Source: Nitrosomonadales bacterium
GTDB taxonomy: Bacteria > Pseudomonadota > Gammaproteobacteria > Burkholderiales > Gallionellaceae
DNA: 64,000 bases
Direction: 5' to 3'
NCBI GenBank assembly: GCA_016235045.1
Contig: JACRME010000015.1
Coordinates: 3,296-67,295 of the forward strand
Both the position numbers and the translations under genes were made by a program. A model generated the notes under the pieces. It saw only the letters and a program-made list of their open reading frames with translations, had not been told where the DNA came from and made no database searches. Below are positions 46,525 through 57,151 of the stretch, one piece after another. How positions within the stretch are numbered: position 1 is the first letter of the stretch; each line of letters starts with the position of its first letter.

Positions 46525-49313
46525 GCCGTGGCTCCTTTCTCGGCGATTTTCTTGATGCGGACGGTGAACTCCTGGGTACGGAAACCTCCTGTTACCGGTT
46601 CGACCGCATAAGGAATCAGCTTGTTGGTGGCGGTGCCCATGCCCTTGGCACGCGAAAGCATCGGGTTCTCAGCGCCGAAGCTGGAGTAGAAGAACACCGC
46701 CTCACGGTGGATCAGCCGCGTCACATGGGCATGGCCGTTCGCGGTTTGTCCGCTCTGCGAATTGGTGATGCTGATCGCATCGCCATCCGCGATGCCGAGG
46801 AAGGCCGCGCGTGCCGGATGTATCCAGACGTTGGTGTAGATGTCCTTCTTGAACTGGTTGATGGCCGCCAGCACCGGATTGTTGTTGTTGGTGGAGGCAT
46901 ACGACACGGTGGGCGCCTTGCCATAGGTGAAGTAGAACTCGTCGTCGGCCAGGCTGCCGGAGGCGGTGCAGCGGCATTCCGTCGGAATATGCGTGGCGAG
47001 AACGTTGAATTGCGGCGCCGTTCCGCCCATGCCGCGCAGGCCGTCGAACAGGCTGGAGTAGAACTCCACCCGTCCGCTGCCGCTGGGCATCGGCAGCTTC
47101 CACGGCATGGCATGCTTCTCCAGCAGCCTGTCCTTGGTTTCCAGCATGTACACGCCCTTTTCCTGCAACGCGGTATCGAGCTGCTTCACGGTGATGCCCG
47201 CCTCTTTGGCGGCTTCCTCGAAAGCAACATCGCGGTAGGCGGCGGAGAACGGACTCTTTACGCCTTCCTTGATCTTCTGCGCCAGCTTCTTCTTGACCGA
47301 GGCAGCGCTCAGCCCGGTCAGCTTGTCGATGGTGTCCATGAAGGCTTCGGGCTTGCCGCTGATGATCTCTGTCATCTTCAACAGGATGTCGGGCGTCTCG
47401 TGCGTGTCGTACAGCGGATCGATGGCCGCATAACGCGTGGTCATGGCGAGGTCGTGGTTGACGCCGTTGGCATAGATGTTGGGTTCGCCACGCTCCAGGT
47501 AAGTGGAGTTGGGCAGGATCACGTCCGCGTACGCCGTGCTGTCGCAAGGCAACACGTCGATGGCGATCACCAGTTCCACATTCTTGTGGGACAGGATTTC
47601 CTTCCAGCGCGAATCGGGATAGTAGTGGCGCACCGGATTGGCTGCGTTCAGCAACACCGCGCGGGTGTTGTAAGGCTCACCCTTGTAGTTGAGGGTGCCC
47701 TCCACCGATTCCTTGAAGCCCACGTCCGCCAGCACCGGCAGCATGACGTAAGGACGACCCGCCGCGCGTTCCTGTTCGGAGAATGCCCAGGACCAGCCGG
47801 GTTTGCCGTGGCCGAAATTCTTGCCGTTCGAGAACACGTCGATGACCAGTTTGGCGAAGGGCAGGCCGACGATGTTGGTAAGCGGTGCTCCGATACTCTT
47901 GCCTTCTTTCTTCGCCTGGATGGTGTGCGCCTGCTTCTTGTGCACCTCGCCGCTCATGATCCAGCCGCCGGGCTTGTCGATGCCGCCGGTCAGCGCCTGG
48001 ATCATGGCCTGCACGCGGCGCATCATGATGATGTTGCCGTAGCGGCCCCCGTGCCAACCGGGGTCGATGATGGCGGGACGCGCGCCGCCGAATTCGCGCG
48101 CAATGCGGCGGATGGTGACGGCAGAAATGCCGGTGCTGTTCTCCGCCCATTCCGGCGTGCAGGCGCGAATCTCCTCCAGTTGCGCCTGCAGCACCGTTAT
48201 TACCGTATGTCCGTCCAGTTTCAACCCGGCCGGCGCATGCAGCGCCGGGAAGCAACTATGCCCGTTCACGTCCTGGCCATTGTCGTTGGTATAGGCCGGC
48301 AAGGTGCGGATGTCCGAACTGTGTTCCTGTACTACGCGCGGACGGCCCTTGGCGTCGAGCGCCAGTTGCCATTGGCCCTTGCTGTCGCGGTAGGTCAGGA
48401 ACGGCATGTTGGAATGCTGGCGCAGGAATTCGGCGTCGTAGAGTTCTTCCTCCAGCATGGTCTTGAGCATGGCCAGCAGGAAATCCAGATCGGTGCCGGG
48501 GCGGATGGAAATCCATTCGTCCGCTTTGGAGGCGGTCTCCGAAAGGCGCGGATCGACAGCGACCACCTTCGCGCCATTCTTGCGGCCGGCGGCGAAACGC
48601 ACCATGCGGCAGGTCGACACGCTGCCGATGGAAGCATTGTTGGCGATGAACAGGATGTATTTGGCGTTATCGAAATCCGGCAAGACTTCATCGTGAATGT
48701 TGAAGTTGCCGGTCACCGCGTCGGTGCCGAGGTGGCCGTTGGTGACGCAGGCCTGCATGGGCGAGGCGATGATGTTGGGGATGCCGTTGGTCAGCGCAAA
48801 CGGCACCGCCCAGTTCATGTAGAAGACACAGGAGGTCCAGCCGCCGACCATGGTCCATTCCCAGGGCTGGAAGTTGGCGTCCTTCTGTTTCTTGGCGATG
48901 TAGGCGTAGGCCTCTTCCCAGGACGCGGAGCGGAACTTCATTTCGCCGCGCTTGCTGCCTTCCACCCTGATCAGCGGCGTTTTCAGTCGGTCGGTGTCGT
49001 AGGTCTGGCGCAACCCGGCCTGCCCGCGCGCACAAAGCTTGCCGCGGTTCAGCGTGGAATTGGGGTTGCCGTCGATTTTGACGATGCGCTTGACGCCATT
49101 CCTGGTTTGCGTGGTGACGCGCAGATTGCACAGAGAAGAGCAGAAATTGCAGATGCTGTAAGTGCAACCTTCACCATCCGGAACACTGCCACTGTCTGCC
49201 GAAGCAGAATTGATCAACATGCTGGCTGGTTTCAGCAAGGTTAAACCAGCTACACCCAACCCGGTCGCTTTCAACAACGTGCGACGGGTCAGGCAAGGAA
49301 AGTTCCAAGCCAT
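46521..49313 (-). CDS. Tat-exported Mo-bisPGD oxidoreductase catalytic subunit (Psr/Phs/Sre-like)
   Basis: TRRTLLK signal, CNFCSSLC...GKLCARG FS0 cluster, DRLKTPLIR, ADVILP..TYLER. Substrate not determinable from sequence alone. Confidence 0.88.
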   Translation of the reverse strand: MAWNFPCLTRRTLLKATGLGVAGLTLLKPASMLINSASADSGSVPDGEGCTYSICNFCSSLCNLRVTTQTRNGVKRIVKIDGNPNSTLNRGKLCARGQAGLRQTYDTDRLKTPLIRVEGSKRGEMKFRSASWEEAYAYIAKKQKDANFQPWEWTMVGGWTSCVFYMNWAVPFALTNGIPNIIASPMQACVTNGHLGTDAVTGNFNIHDEVLPDFDNAKYILFIANNASIGSVSTCRMVRFAAGRKNGAKVVAVDPRLSETASKADEWISIRPGTDLDFLLAMLKTMLEEELYDAEFLRQHSNMPFLTYRDSKGQWQLALDAKGRPRVVQEHSSDIRTLPAYTNDNGQDVNGHSCFPALHAPAGLKLDGHTVITVLQAQLEEIRACTPEWAENSTGISAVTIRRIAREFGGARPAIIDPGWHGGRYGNIIMMRRVQAMIQALTGGIDKPGGWIMSGEVHKKQAHTIQAKKEGKSIGAPLTNIVGLPFAKLVIDVFSNGKNFGHGKPGWSWAFSEQERAAGRPYVMLPVLADVGFKESVEGTLNYKGEPYNTRAVLLNAANPVRHYYPDSRWKEILSHKNVELVIAIDVLPCDSTAYADVILPNSTYLERGEPNIYANGVNHDLAMTTRYAAIDPLYDTHETPDILLKMTEIISGKPEAFMDTIDKLTGLSAASVKKKLAQKIKEGVKSPFSAAYRDVAFEEAAKEAGITVKQLDTALQEKGVYMLETKDRLLEKHAMPWKLPMPSGSGRVEFYSSLFDGLRGMGGTAPQFNVLATHIPTECRCTASGSLADDEFYFTYGKAPTVSYASTNNNNPVLAAINQFKKDIYTNVWIHPARAAFLGIADGDAISITNSQSGQTANGHAHVTRLIHREAVFFYSSFGAENPMLSRAKGMGTATNKLIPYAVEPVTGGFRTQEFTVRIKKIAEKGATA

Positions 49314-49662
49314 AGACGCTCCCTAAGAAAAATTGTCAGTAGAAAACCAATACTTCTTCTTATTGTTGTCCCACTGGGTGTAATCACCCTTCTCTCGGGA
49401 TAGCGTCGAACTGCCATTGCTGGCGAGTCGCAGTCTCTAGCTCCATAAAGACTGCATTGCACTTCTGGTTATATGCTAGCAGAGCGAGTAAGGTTTCTGC
49501 AATTTTTGCCAGCCGCAATGCCGACTTTTATACTCTACATTATCAATCAGTTGCCGAAGAAGCGAGGCTTTGCGCGTCACTGGAGGTAAATTTGCTGGTT
49601 GCATCTTCGCGAAGAAAATTCTCGTGATGCAACAGCCCGGAATTTGTTGTGTCCGGGCGTCT

Positions 49663-49678
49663 TGTCGGCTTTGCTACA
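49663..49678 (+). promoter_or_regulatory. NifA UAS for nifENX
   Basis: TGTCGGCTTTGCTACA. Confidence 0.8.
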
Positions 49679-49721
49679 AATTCCTGCTGCATAAATTCCA
49701 TTAAAATCAATCCGCTGACTC

Positions 49722-49737
49722 TGGCACGGCACTTGCG
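49722..49737 (+). promoter_or_regulatory. sigma54 promoter of nifENX
   Basis: TGGCACGGCACTTGCG. Confidence 0.92.
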
Positions 49738-49772
49738 AATAGGAGGGCGTCATCCATTGTTGAGTCAAAGCC

Positions 49773-51179
49773 ATGCAAGCCAAGGACATCGCCGCACTGC
49801 TGAACGAACCGGCCTGTGCGCATAACGAAAAGTCGAAATCGGGCTGTGCACGTCCCAAACCGGGCGCGACCGCCGGCGGCTGTTCGTTCGACGGGGCGCA
49901 GATCGCCTTGCTGCCCATCGCCGATGTCGCTCACATCGTGCATGGCCCGATCGCCTGCGCGGGCAGTTCCTGGGAAAGCCGCGGCACGCGCTCGTCCGGC
50001 CCCAAGCTGTATCGCATCGGCATGACCACCGACCTCACCGAGCAGGACGTCATCATGGGACGCGGCGAGAAGCGCCTGTTCCACGCCATCAAGCAGGCGG
50101 TGGACAGCTACGCGCCGAAAGCCGTGTTCGTCTACAACACCTGCGTGCCCGCGCTGATCGGCGACGACATCGGCGCGGTGTGCAAAGCCGCCGCCGAAAA
50201 ATGCGGCGTGCCCTGTATTCCGGTGGATTGCGCCGGTTTCTACGGCACCAAGAATCTCGGCAACCGCATCGCGGGCGATGCGATGTTCAAATACGTGGTG
50301 GGCACGGCGGAGCCGTTGCCGGTGCCGCCCGAGGCGCAACGCCCCGGCATTACCGTGCATGACGTGAACCTGATCGGCGAATACAACATCGCGGGCGAAT
50401 TCTGGAATGTGGCGCCGCTGTTCGACGAACTCGGCCTGCGCATCCTGTGCACGCTGTCCGGCGACGGGCGCTTCCGCGAAGTGCAGACCATGCACCGCGC
50501 CGAAGCCAACATGGTGGTGTGCGCCAAGGCGCTGCTCAACGTGGCGCGCAAACTGCAAACCAATTACAAGACGCCTTATTTCGAGGGCAGCTTCTACGGC
50601 GTGACCGACACCTCGATGGCGTTCCGCGAATTCGCCAAATTGCTCAATGATCCGTCGCTGACCGAACGCACCGAAGCGATGATTGCGCGCGAGGAGGCGA
50701 AGATCAATGCCGCACTCGAACCCTGGCGCGAAAAACTGCGCGGCAAGCGCGTGCTGCTCTACACCGGCGGCGTGAAGTCGTGGTCGATTGTTTCCGCACT
50801 GCAGGACCTCGGCATGGAAGTCGTCGCCACCGGCACCAACAAATCCACCGAGGAAGACAAGGCGCGCATCCGCGAAATCATGGGCGACAAGACGCGCATG
50901 ATTACCGACGGCAGTCCCAAGGCGCTGCTCGGCGCGGTGAAGGAATACCAGGCCGACATCCTCATCGCGGGCGGCCGCAACATGTACACCGCGCTCAAGG
51001 CGCGCATCCCCTTCCTCGACATCAACCAGGAACGCGAATTCGGTTACGAGGGTTACAGCGGCATGATCGAACTGGCGCGCCAGCTTGCGCTGACGATACA
51101 GAGCCCGGTGTGGCCGGCGGTACGCAAGGCTTCGCCGTGGGCGAAAACATCGGTGCCCGGCATCGAGTTGGGGGCGTGA
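49773..51179 (+). CDS. nifE: FeMo-cofactor scaffold NifE
   Basis: [39 protein letters not shown]. Confidence 0.98.
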   Translation: MQAKDIAALLNEPACAHNEKSKSGCARPKPGATAGGCSFDGAQIALLPIADVAHIVHGPIACAGSSWESRGTRSSGPKLYRIGMTTDLTEQDVIMGRGEKRLFHAIKQAVDSYAPKAVFVYNTCVPALIGDDIGAVCKAAAEKCGVPCIPVDCAGFYGTKNLGNRIAGDAMFKYVVGTAEPLPVPPEAQRPGITVHDVNLIGEYNIAGEFWNVAPLFDELGLRILCTLSGDGRFREVQTMHRAEANMVVCAKALLNVARKLQTNYKTPYFEGSFYGVTDTSMAFREFAKLLNDPSLTERTEAMIAREEAKINAALEPWREKLRGKRVLLYTGGVKSWSIVSALQDLGMEVVATGTNKSTEEDKARIREIMGDKTRMITDGSPKALLGAVKEYQADILIAGGRNMYTALKARIPFLDINQEREFGYEGYSGMIELARQLALTIQSPVWPAVRKASPWAKTSVPGIELGA

Positions 51180-51219
51180 GATGAGAATATCGCCACATCT
51201 ATTTATATCCAGCGAATCA

Positions 51220-51386
51220 TTCCCTCCCCCTTGCAGGGGGATAACCAGCGACTTGGCTGGCGTTGTTTGCCAGCCTAGTCGAATGGCTAGTAGTTCCATC
51301 AGGGCTAGGGAGGGGGTAGAAGCCGGGATGTCCGTAGCCCAACTTTTCTACCCCCATCCCAACCTTCCCCCTGCAAGGGGGAAGGA
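51220..51386. repeat. CCCTCCCC-family REP pair carrying the 60-bp insert, between nifE and nifN
   Basis: Same architecture as 6081-6242. Confidence 0.88.
51241..51300 (+). mobile_element. 60-bp nested element, copy 4
   Basis: ATAACCAGCGACTTGGCTGGCGTTGTTTGCCAGCCTAGTCGAATGGCTAGTAGTTCCATC followed by AGG. Confidence 0.8.
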
Positions 51387-51406
51387 GTCAATGGTGGGAG
51401 CACAAC

Positions 51407-52828
51407 ATGGCTGAGATCCTGAAACGCAACAAAGCCCTCGCGGTGAATCCGCTCAAGGCCAGCCAGCCGGTCGGTGCGTCGCTCGCCTTCCTCGGCATCA
51501 ACCGCGCCATCCCGATGCTGCACGGCTCGCAGGGCTGCACCGCATTCGGCAAGGTGTATTTCGTGCGCCACTTCCGTGAGCCGATCCCGTTGCAGACTAC
51601 TGCGATGGACCAGGTGTCCACGGTGATGAGCGCGGACGAGAACGTGATCATCGGCCTGAAAACCATCTGCGAAAAAAGCAAACCCGCGCTGATCGGGCTG
51701 GCCACCACGAGTCTCTCGGAGACGCAGGGCACCGACATCAAGCGGCTGGTGAAAGAGTTCTACGCGGCAAACCCCGAGTTCGCGCATATCCCCGTGGTGC
51801 CGGTGAACTCGCCGGACTTCTCCGGCTGTCTGGAAAGCGGTTATGCGCTGGCGGTGAAGGCAGTACTTGAAACATTGCTTCCCACGATCGCCCCCTCGCC
51901 CGCGAGCGGGAGAGGGTTGGGGAGAGGGTTGGTCGGCAAGCGCAAAAAGCAAATCAACGTGCTGGCCGGATCGTTCCTCACGCCCGGCGATGTCGAACAC
52001 ATCAAGGAGCTCATCGAGGCATTCGGCCTGCGCCCGCTGGTGTTGCCGGACATCGGCGATTCGCTCGACGGTCATCTCACCGAAATGGATACCAGTCCGG
52101 TGACGCTGGGCGGTACGCCGGTGTCGGACATTTCCAGCATGGGCGAATCCATCGCCACGCTGGTGCTGGGCAATTCGCTTTATGAAGCGGCAGATTTCCT
52201 CAAACAACAAACCGGCGTGCCGGATTACCGCTTCGATTGCCTGATGGGCCTGGATGCGGTAGATGCCTTCGTCGCGACACTGGCCGAGATCAGCGGCAAA
52301 CCGGTGCCGGAGAAGATAGAGCGCCAGCGCGCGCAGTTGCAGGACGCGATGGTGGACGCCCATTTCATGCTGGGTTTCGCGCGCGTCGCCATCGCCGCCG
52401 ATCCCGACCTGCTCTATGGCATGTCGCGGCTGGTGACTGGCATGGGTTGCGAAGTGGTGGCCGCAGTCGCGCCCGCGCGCGCCACCATCCTCAGCGATGT
52501 CGTCGCCAGCCAGGTCGGCATCGGCGACCTCGAAGACCTGGAGATCGCCGCCAGGCGCAACGGTGCGCAACTCGTCATCTGCAATTCTCACGGCGTCGAG
52601 ACCGCGCGCCGCCTCGGCGTGCCGCTGCTGCGCGCCGGGTTCCCGCAGTACGACTTTGTCGGCGGCTACCAGCGCCTGTGGGTCGGCTATCGCGGCACGC
52701 GCCAGGCCTTGTTCGATCTGGCCAACCTGATGCTGGAGCATGCGCATCATCATGAGCCGGAAGCTTTCGTTTCCATTTACCACCAGGGAGTCAAGCATGC
52801 GGCATCTGCGGCTGGTGGAAAACACTGA
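51407..52828 (+). CDS. nifN: FeMo-cofactor scaffold NifN
   Basis: [42 protein letters not shown]. Confidence 0.98.
   Translation: MAEILKRNKALAVNPLKASQPVGASLAFLGINRAIPMLHGSQGCTAFGKVYFVRHFREPIPLQTTAMDQVSTVMSADENVIIGLKTICEKSKPALIGLATTSLSETQGTDIKRLVKEFYAANPEFAHIPVVPVNSPDFSGCLESGYALAVKAVLETLLPTIAPSPASGRGLGRGLVGKRKKQINVLAGSFLTPGDVEHIKELIEAFGLRPLVLPDIGDSLDGHLTEMDTSPVTLGGTPVSDISSMGESIATLVLGNSLYEAADFLKQQTGVPDYRFDCLMGLDAVDAFVATLAEISGKPVPEKIERQRAQLQDAMVDAHFMLGFARVAIAADPDLLYGMSRLVTGMGCEVVAAVAPARATILSDVVASQVGIGDLEDLEIAARRNGAQLVICNSHGVETARRLGVPLLRAGFPQYDFVGGYQRLWVGYRGTRQALFDLANLMLEHAHHHEPEAFVSIYHQGVKHAASAAGGKH
51891..51928. repeat. REP arm in frame within nifN
   Basis: CCCCCTCGCCCGCGAGCGGGAGAGGGTTGGGGAGAGGG, translated as [12 protein letters not shown]. 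Confidence 0.75.
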
Positions 52829-53252
52829 GGAGCTCGCGATGAAAGTAAAGATCGCTTTTGCGACCAGCGACCGGCGCGCGGTCAACCAGCACTTCGGCGC
52901 GGCGGAATCGTTCGCCATCTACGAGGTGGGCGAAAGCGAGACGCGCCTGATCGAAGTGGCCGAGTTCATCGAGACCGCGATGGACGGGCACGAGGGCAAG
53001 CTCGCCGCCAAGGTCGAGCTGCTGGGCGATTGCGCGGCAGTGTATTGCAACGCGGTGGGCGCATCGGCGATCCAGCAGTTGCTGGCCGCGAGCATCCAGC
53101 CCATGCGCGTGGACGAAGGCACGCTCATCGACGAACTGCTGTGCGGCCTGCAGAAGAACCTGGTCAACGAACCGCCGGTATGGCTGGCGAAGCACCTGAA
53201 GAAGCAGGCCGGCGGCAAGGACTTCGCCGCGGACGAGGAGTGGCAGGAATGA
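52797..53252 (+). CDS. nifX: NifX
   Basis: [33 protein letters not shown]. Confidence 0.93.
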   Translation: MRHLRLVENTEELAMKVKIAFATSDRRAVNQHFGAAESFAIYEVGESETRLIEVAEFIETAMDGHEGKLAAKVELLGDCAAVYCNAVGASAIQQLLAASIQPMRVDEGTLIDELLCGLQKNLVNEPPVWLAKHLKKQAGGKDFAADEEWQE

Positions 53253-53659
53253 TCTCGGCTCCTGTGCGCGTGATCTCCGCCGACAACGGAACGGCACAGG
53301 TCGAATCCACCGGCCAGTCCGGCTGCGGTGTCTGTCAGTCGCGCGAAAGCTGCGGCGTGTCGGGGTTGGGGAAATATTTTTCCGGCAAGCGCAAGGCTAT
53401 CGAAGTGCGGTGCAGTGTGAATGTTCGCGCCGGCGACGAGTTGCAGTTGAGTCTGAGCGAGGGCGATTTGCTCAAGGCGGGTTTGCTGGCCTACCTGTTG
53501 CCTACCGTGCTGGCGCTGGTCGGCGCGGGAATTGCTGCGGCGTTCGGCCTGGGCGATGTCGGGGCTGCGCTGGGGGCGGCGAACGGGATGGCTGCGGGAT
53601 TTTTACTGGGACGATTGTCGGGCTGGGCGCCGCGTATGGTTGCGCAACGTAAAGAGTAA
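53249..53659 (+). CDS. RseC/MucC (RnfF-like) family protein
   Basis: SGCGVC...SCG, AYLLP, two TM helices. Confidence 0.85.
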   Translation: MISAPVRVISADNGTAQVESTGQSGCGVCQSRESCGVSGLGKYFSGKRKAIEVRCSVNVRAGDELQLSLSEGDLLKAGLLAYLLPTVLALVGAGIAAAFGLGDVGAALGAANGMAAGFLLGRLSGWAPRMVAQRKE

Positions 53660-53683
53660 TCAATTAACCGAAGGAGACAGAGC

Positions 53684-54145
53684 ATGAATCAAGCAGTCGC
53701 AGCAGACCCGTTGTTGTCCACCGATTTCATCCAGGAGATGGTCAAGCAGATGCGTGCCATCGACAGCTACGGCACTTACGACGGCTGGCCGGCAGACCGC
53801 ATCCTGGCACCCTATGTGGTGACCAAGGAACAGCGCCGCGCGATCCCGGTGATCGGCGATCCGGACGAGATCATGCTGGCCCGTATCAAGGCGTTCTACA
53901 ACGCGATCTCTTCGCTGATCGAAAAAGAGTGCGGCCTGATGGCGGTGCCCAGCATCAACATCACCCATGAAGGTTTCGGCCGCGCGCTGATCACCGTGGG
54001 CAAGCTGGTGGTGATGGATCGCACGTTGCGCGATGTGCATCGCTACGGTTACGAGAGCCTGTCCAAGATGAAGGATGAGGGCGACAAGCTGCTGTCCGTT
54101 GCGCTGGAGATCATCGGCAAGTATCCGGAAGTGGCAGGCTTATAA
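53684..54145 (+). CDS. NifX-associated protein (DUF269)
   Basis: QMRAIDSYG, IGDPD, HEGFGR, LRDVHRYGY. Confidence 0.9.
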   Translation: MNQAVAADPLLSTDFIQEMVKQMRAIDSYGTYDGWPADRILAPYVVTKEQRRAIPVIGDPDEIMLARIKAFYNAISSLIEKECGLMAVPSINITHEGFGRALITVGKLVVMDRTLRDVHRYGYESLSKMKDEGDKLLSVALEIIGKYPEVAGL

Positions 54146-54150
54146 ATGGA

Positions 54151-54213
54151 AAGTGGTAAGTAGGAAGTGGTAAGTAGTAGATGCAGCGTCACTCACCACT
54201 TGCCACTTACTAT
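54151..54213. repeat. Heptamer-based inverted repeat
   Basis: AAGTGGTAAGTAGGAAGTGGTAAGTAGT ... ACTCACCACTTGCCACTTACTAT. Confidence 0.65.
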
Positions 54214-54229
54214 TCACCAGGAGTTAATA

Positions 54230-54448
54230 ATGTCCGAAGAAGAACTGAAGAACCTCGACAAGGAAGTGAAGAAGCTCAAGCGCATCTCCAGCGAGTGGGC
54301 GGCGCAGTTGCATGACCTGGTCGAGGAGCGCTTGCCGGCCGGATACCAGGAGATCCCCGGTATCGCGCAATCCACATACGACGCGTGCCAGGCATGGGCC
54401 GAGGCGAACGCAAAACTGGTCGCAGCACAGAAAGAAATTCAAGTTTAA
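54230..54448 (+). CDS. CCE_0567/DUF683 family nif-associated protein
   Basis: KKLKR.....QLHDLVEERLP; AGGAG RBS. Confidence 0.85.
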   Translation: MSEEELKNLDKEVKKLKRISSEWAAQLHDLVEERLPAGYQEIPGIAQSTYDACQAWAEANAKLVAAQKEIQV

Positions 54449-54462
54449 ACAGAGGAAGAGAT

Positions 54463-54753
54463 ATGACTAACATTACCGAAATCACCCGAGGCGGCACGCC
54501 TTATGAACCCACCTTCATCACAGCCCTGAATGCGGCGAATTGCCTGGGCTGCGGGCGCTGCTTCAAGGTCTGCCCGCGCAAGGTGTTCGAACTGGTCGAG
54601 CGCAGCGAGGACGACGAGAACTACGATGAGGACGAAGACAACTGCATGGTGATGACGCTCGCCAACGCGCTGGATTGCATCGGTTGCGGCTCCTGCGCGC
54701 GCGTTTGTCCCAAGCAGTGCCAGACACATCAAGCCATGCCGGTTGGAGCCTGA
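54463..54753 (+). CDS. fdxB: Ferredoxin III, nif-specific
   Basis: TRGG.PYEP, CLGCGRCFKVCP, acidic linker, CIGCGSCARVCP. Confidence 0.9.
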   Translation: MTNITEITRGGTPYEPTFITALNAANCLGCGRCFKVCPRKVFELVERSEDDENYDEDEDNCMVMTLANALDCIGCGSCARVCPKQCQTHQAMPVGA

Positions 54754-54755
54754 TC

Positions 54756-55079
54756 ATGGCAAGACCGGTCAAGCACGTGTTCGTCTGTTCCCAGCATCGT
54801 CCGCCCGGCCACCCGCGCGGTTCATGCGGCGACAAGGGCTGCCGCGAGGTGGTGGATGAGATCATGCAGCAATGGCAGCAACGCCAATGCTTCTCGCAGG
54901 TGCTGGTCACGCCGAGCAGTTGCTTCGGTCCCTGCAGCATGGGGCCGAACATCCTGGTCTACCCGGAAGGCATCCTGTACAACAATGTCACCAAAGAGGA
55001 TGTGAGCACGATATTCGACGAGCATCTATTGGGCGACAAGCCGGTAGAACGGCTAAAAGCACCTGCCGACATATGGTAG
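54756..55079 (+). CDS. Thioredoxin-like [2Fe-2S] ferredoxin
   Basis: HVFVC..RPPGHPRGSC, CFGPC..GP..LVYPEG. Confidence 0.9.
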   Translation: MARPVKHVFVCSQHRPPGHPRGSCGDKGCREVVDEIMQQWQQRQCFSQVLVTPSSCFGPCSMGPNILVYPEGILYNNVTKEDVSTIFDEHLLGDKPVERLKAPADIW

Positions 55080-55444
55080 TGCTTGCTTCGCGCCGGTTGC
55101 CTGCAGAACTTGAGGCGCTGGCCGGGCGCATTGTGTCTGCGATGCAGCAAACGGCCGCTAACTGCACCGCAAACGGCGCCACGCCGAAGATCGAACTGGA
55201 TGCCGTGCAGTTTACCCGGGTCGTCGACCCCGGCAATCAATTGCCCGGCTATGAAGGGGTGTGGCGCAACGCCCGCAATGAGCGCTGCGGCATGCTGACC
55301 ATCAACACCGACAACAGTTTTTACGCCGAGTACGACCTGTTCTGCCCGCATCCGCGCGACCCGCGCTGGTTCGTCGAAATGGTCACCGCATGGGGCAGGG
55401 ATGCGTCGCTGCGCTGCGAAGCGAAAATGACCCCAAGCCTGTGA
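55073..55444 (+). CDS. Conserved hypothetical protein
   Basis: Overlaps the ferredoxin stop; FYAEYD...HP...WFVE.VTAWG. Confidence 0.7.
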   Translation: MVVLASRRLPAELEALAGRIVSAMQQTAANCTANGATPKIELDAVQFTRVVDPGNQLPGYEGVWRNARNERCGMLTINTDNSFYAEYDLFCPHPRDPRWFVEMVTAWGRDASLRCEAKMTPSL

Positions 55445-55519
55445 AGATACCCGAGTAAACCGATTCCAACCGGCCAGCCCGGATATTTCACCAACTTCCT
55501 CCGGGAATCGCCGAATAAT

Positions 55520-55590
55520 TCGTCATACCGGCGAAGGCCGGTATCCAGTGCCTTTAATTAACTGGGTTCCGGCCTTCGCCGGAACGACGA
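55520..55590. repeat. CGTCAT..CCGGC-family REP pair (no insert)
   Basis: TCGTCATACCGGCGAAGGCCGGTATCCAG ... CTGGGTTCCGGCCTTCGCCGGAACGACGA. Confidence 0.85.
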
Positions 55591-55732
55591 AACCGAATAA
55601 ATCAGCGCTTTCTAAGGTCTTCATGGTCACCAGCCTGCCGTAGAAGGTACCCTGCTTGACCTAAATCAGGTTTCCTCCTCGGCGTCGAATGTTACAATCC
55701 GCCAGTTGCGTGCCGAAAATTGGAAATTACCC

Positions 55733-57151
55733 GTGATTAAAAAAATACTCGTCGCCAACCGAGGGGAGATAGCGGTTCGCATTGTGCGTGCGTGTTCCGA
55801 GATGGGGATCAAGTCGGTTGCGATTTATACCGATGCCGATCGCCATGCCTTGCACGTCAAAAAAGCGGACGAAGCTTACAACCTCGGGGCGGAGCCGGTT
55901 ACCGGCTATTTGAACGCGCATAATATCGTCAATATTGCCGTGATTTCGGGATGCGATGCCTTGCATCCCGGCTACGGCTTCCTGTCGGAAAACCCCGAAC
56001 TGGCCGAAATCTGCGCCCGTCGCGACATCAAGTTCATCGGCCCGAACGCGGACGTGATTCAGCAAATGGGCGACAAGATACAGGCGCGCAATGCCATGAT
56101 CGCCGCCGGTATTCCCTGCGTGCCGGGCAGCGACGGCAACCTGGCCGATGTCGAGGAAGCGCGCGTACTGGCGAAGAAAATCGGCTACCCCGTTATGCTC
56201 AAGGCCACCAATGGCGGCGGCGGACGCGGCATTCGCCGTTGCGACAATGAAAAAGACCTGCTCGGCAACTATGATCGGGTGATTTCGGAAGCCAGCAAGG
56301 CGTTCGGCAAACCCGAAGTGTTCCTGGAAAAATGCGTGGTCAATCCGCGCCACATCGAAGTGCAGGTGCTGGGCGACAGCCACGGCAACGCCATCCACCT
56401 GTTCGAGCGCGACTGTTCCATCCAGCGCCGCAACCAGAAGTTGATCGAGATCGCCCCCTCGCCGCAAATCACCCCGGAACAGCGCGAATACATCGGCAAT
56501 CTGGCCGTGAAGGCCTGCAAGGCCGTGGGGTACGAGAATGCGGGTACGGTCGAGTTCCTGCTAGATCAGGACAGCAACTTCTTTTTCATGGAAATGAACA
56601 CCCGTATCCAGGTCGAGCATACCGTGACGGAATCCATCACCGGTATCGACATCGTGCAGGAGCAGATACGCATCGCCGAAGGCCTGCCCTTGCAATACAA
56701 GCAGGAAGACGTGAGGTTTCGCGGCTACGCCATGGAGTTCCGCATCAATGCGGAAGATCCCAAGAACAGTTTCCTGCCCAGCTTCGGCCGGATCACCCGT
56801 TACTATGCGCCGGGCGGTCCCGGCGTGCGTATCGATGCCGCCATGTACAGCGGCTATGTCATCCCGCCGTATTTCGACTCGATGTGCGCCAAGCTCACCG
56901 TGTGGGCGCTGACCTGGGAAGGCGTCGTCGAGCGCGGCCGCCGGGCGCTCAGCGACATGGTGGTGTACGGCGTCAAAACCACCATCCCGTATTACCAGGA
57001 AATCCTGAAGCACCCCGATTTCAGGGGCGCGGATTTCAACACCGGTTTCGTGGAGTCCCACCCGGAGCTGATCGATTACGTCACCAAAATCCCGCCGGAG
57101 TTGCGGTCGGCAGCCATTGCGGCGGCCATCGCGGCGCACGAAGGCATTTAA
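55733..57151 (+). CDS. pycA: Biotin carboxylase subunit of two-subunit pyruvate carboxylase
   Basis: ANRGEIA, HPGYGFLSEN, ERDCSIQRRNQK, EMNTRIQVEH; paired with a CT-BCCP gene. Confidence 0.88.
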   Translation: MIKKILVANRGEIAVRIVRACSEMGIKSVAIYTDADRHALHVKKADEAYNLGAEPVTGYLNAHNIVNIAVISGCDALHPGYGFLSENPELAEICARRDIKFIGPNADVIQQMGDKIQARNAMIAAGIPCVPGSDGNLADVEEARVLAKKIGYPVMLKATNGGGGRGIRRCDNEKDLLGNYDRVISEASKAFGKPEVFLEKCVVNPRHIEVQVLGDSHGNAIHLFERDCSIQRRNQKLIEIAPSPQITPEQREYIGNLAVKACKAVGYENAGTVEFLLDQDSNFFFMEMNTRIQVEHTVTESITGIDIVQEQIRIAEGLPLQYKQEDVRFRGYAMEFRINAEDPKNSFLPSFGRITRYYAPGGPGVRIDAAMYSGYVIPPYFDSMCAKLTVWALTWEGVVERGRRALSDMVVYGVKTTIPYYQEILKHPDFRGADFNTGFVESHPELIDYVTKIPPELRSAAIAAAIAAHEGI

